Part shown: one piece after another, positions 63,056-64,000 of the stretch
Layout: each line of letters begins with the position of its first letter
Numbering within the stretch: the first letter of the stretch is position 1
Assembly (NCBI RefSeq): GCF_963921235.1
Contig: NC_086097.1
Location: 232,626,001-232,690,000 of the forward strand
From: Mobula hypostoma
Lineage: Eukaryota
Length of the DNA stretch: 64,000 nucleotides
Direction of reading: 5' to 3'
Notes under the pieces: model-generated
What the model was told of the DNA's origin: nothing
Database searches by the model: none
What the model saw: the letters and a program-made list of their open reading frames with translations, nothing else
Position numbers and translations under genes: made by a program

Positions 63056-64000
63056 CTGACTGCACTCTTGTTCAGCGGGAATCTTATTTCTGGGAAGTCG
63101 GAAATATATTTCTAGTCTAGGCTCACCCTTGCTATTTCTATGGCCTCCCTTGCAAATGATTATGTTCCAAACACATGATCTCCCCTTCGGCCCTTCCAAC
63201 ATAAAGTGTCACTGCAGCCTGTTTTTAACTTCTCATAAAACGAGTTTAAGAAGTCCGAAAATTGACAAGCAGGTGTTATGAAAGTGCCTGGACTGGACTC
63301 AGCTGTTTTGATTTAAGTACGTGCCTGCCTGATTGAAATGGGACCCCTCATTGATGAAACGTTGAGAATAATATGTTACTACTCCTCGACCATCAGGCTG
63401 TTGAATAAAAGGGGATAACTACACTCACTTGCCCCATCATTGAGATGTTCCCACAAACAATGGTCGTACTTTAAGGATTCTTTATCTCACGGTCTTGTTA
63501 ATTATTGCCATTTATTTACACCTGCATTTGCACAATTTGTTGTTTTCTGCACTCTGGTTGATCTTTCATTGATCCTGTTATAGTTACTATTCTATAGATG
63601 TGCTGAGTATGCCCACAGGAAAAGTAATCTCAGGGTTCTATAGTGACATATATGTACTTTGGTAATAAAACTGACTGAAATTTATTACCTCATTATGGCA
63701 AATGTTCATAATCACATGACATAAATTTGTGATCACTATAAGCAGAATCATAACCAGGTTTATTACCACTGAAGTTATGTCATGAAATTTTGTTGTTTTG
63801 TGGCAGCAGTACAGTGGAATACATTTAAAAAACACTCTAAGTTACAATAAGAAATATAGAACCAAGGAAGTATGTGCATAAAGAGTGTGTCCATCAATAT
63901 TTGCAGCACATCTCTGTGGCACCTCATTTCTTGTTACAGATACTGTAGCTACCACTTTGAAGGTTCTGTTTGAAGGTTCTGACCCACTTCCCATTGATGT

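Noticed and set aside
1..64000. CRISPR array, rRNA or prokaryotic operon
   Set aside because: No regularly spaced repeat-spacer array or rRNA similarity; intron-exon structure and LINE content show vertebrate DNA.

Overview
Vertebrate genomic DNA. The repeat content (CR1, Rex1/Babar, Penelope-type, V-SINE and Deu-SINE families) suggests a cartilaginous fish, probably a ray; this is an inference. One host gene is visible: the last four coding exons of syntabulin (SYBU) on the minus strand (44537-44435, 35928-35731, 23088-22939, 9617-8420). They splice in frame through GT-AG introns into about 549 aa, followed by a ~1.2 kb 3' UTR; I could not locate the 5' exons. Much of the remainder is nested transposable elements. 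Three things stand out. (1) A full-length CR1 LINE with both ORFs intact (27313-31800): ORF2 has no ATG before Met211 and overlaps ORF1 in the -1 frame exactly over a U_UUA_AAC slippery heptamer, a candidate programmed -1 ribosomal frameshift. (2) About a dozen ~150-nt Penelope-type units carrying a minimal hammerhead ribozyme, one with an intact core in the SYBU sense orientation. (3) A TSD-flanked composite in which two inverted ribozyme units enclose a copy of neighbouring intron DNA. Boundaries of degenerate repeats are approximate, read by eye, and family names come from recalled motifs, not database searches.
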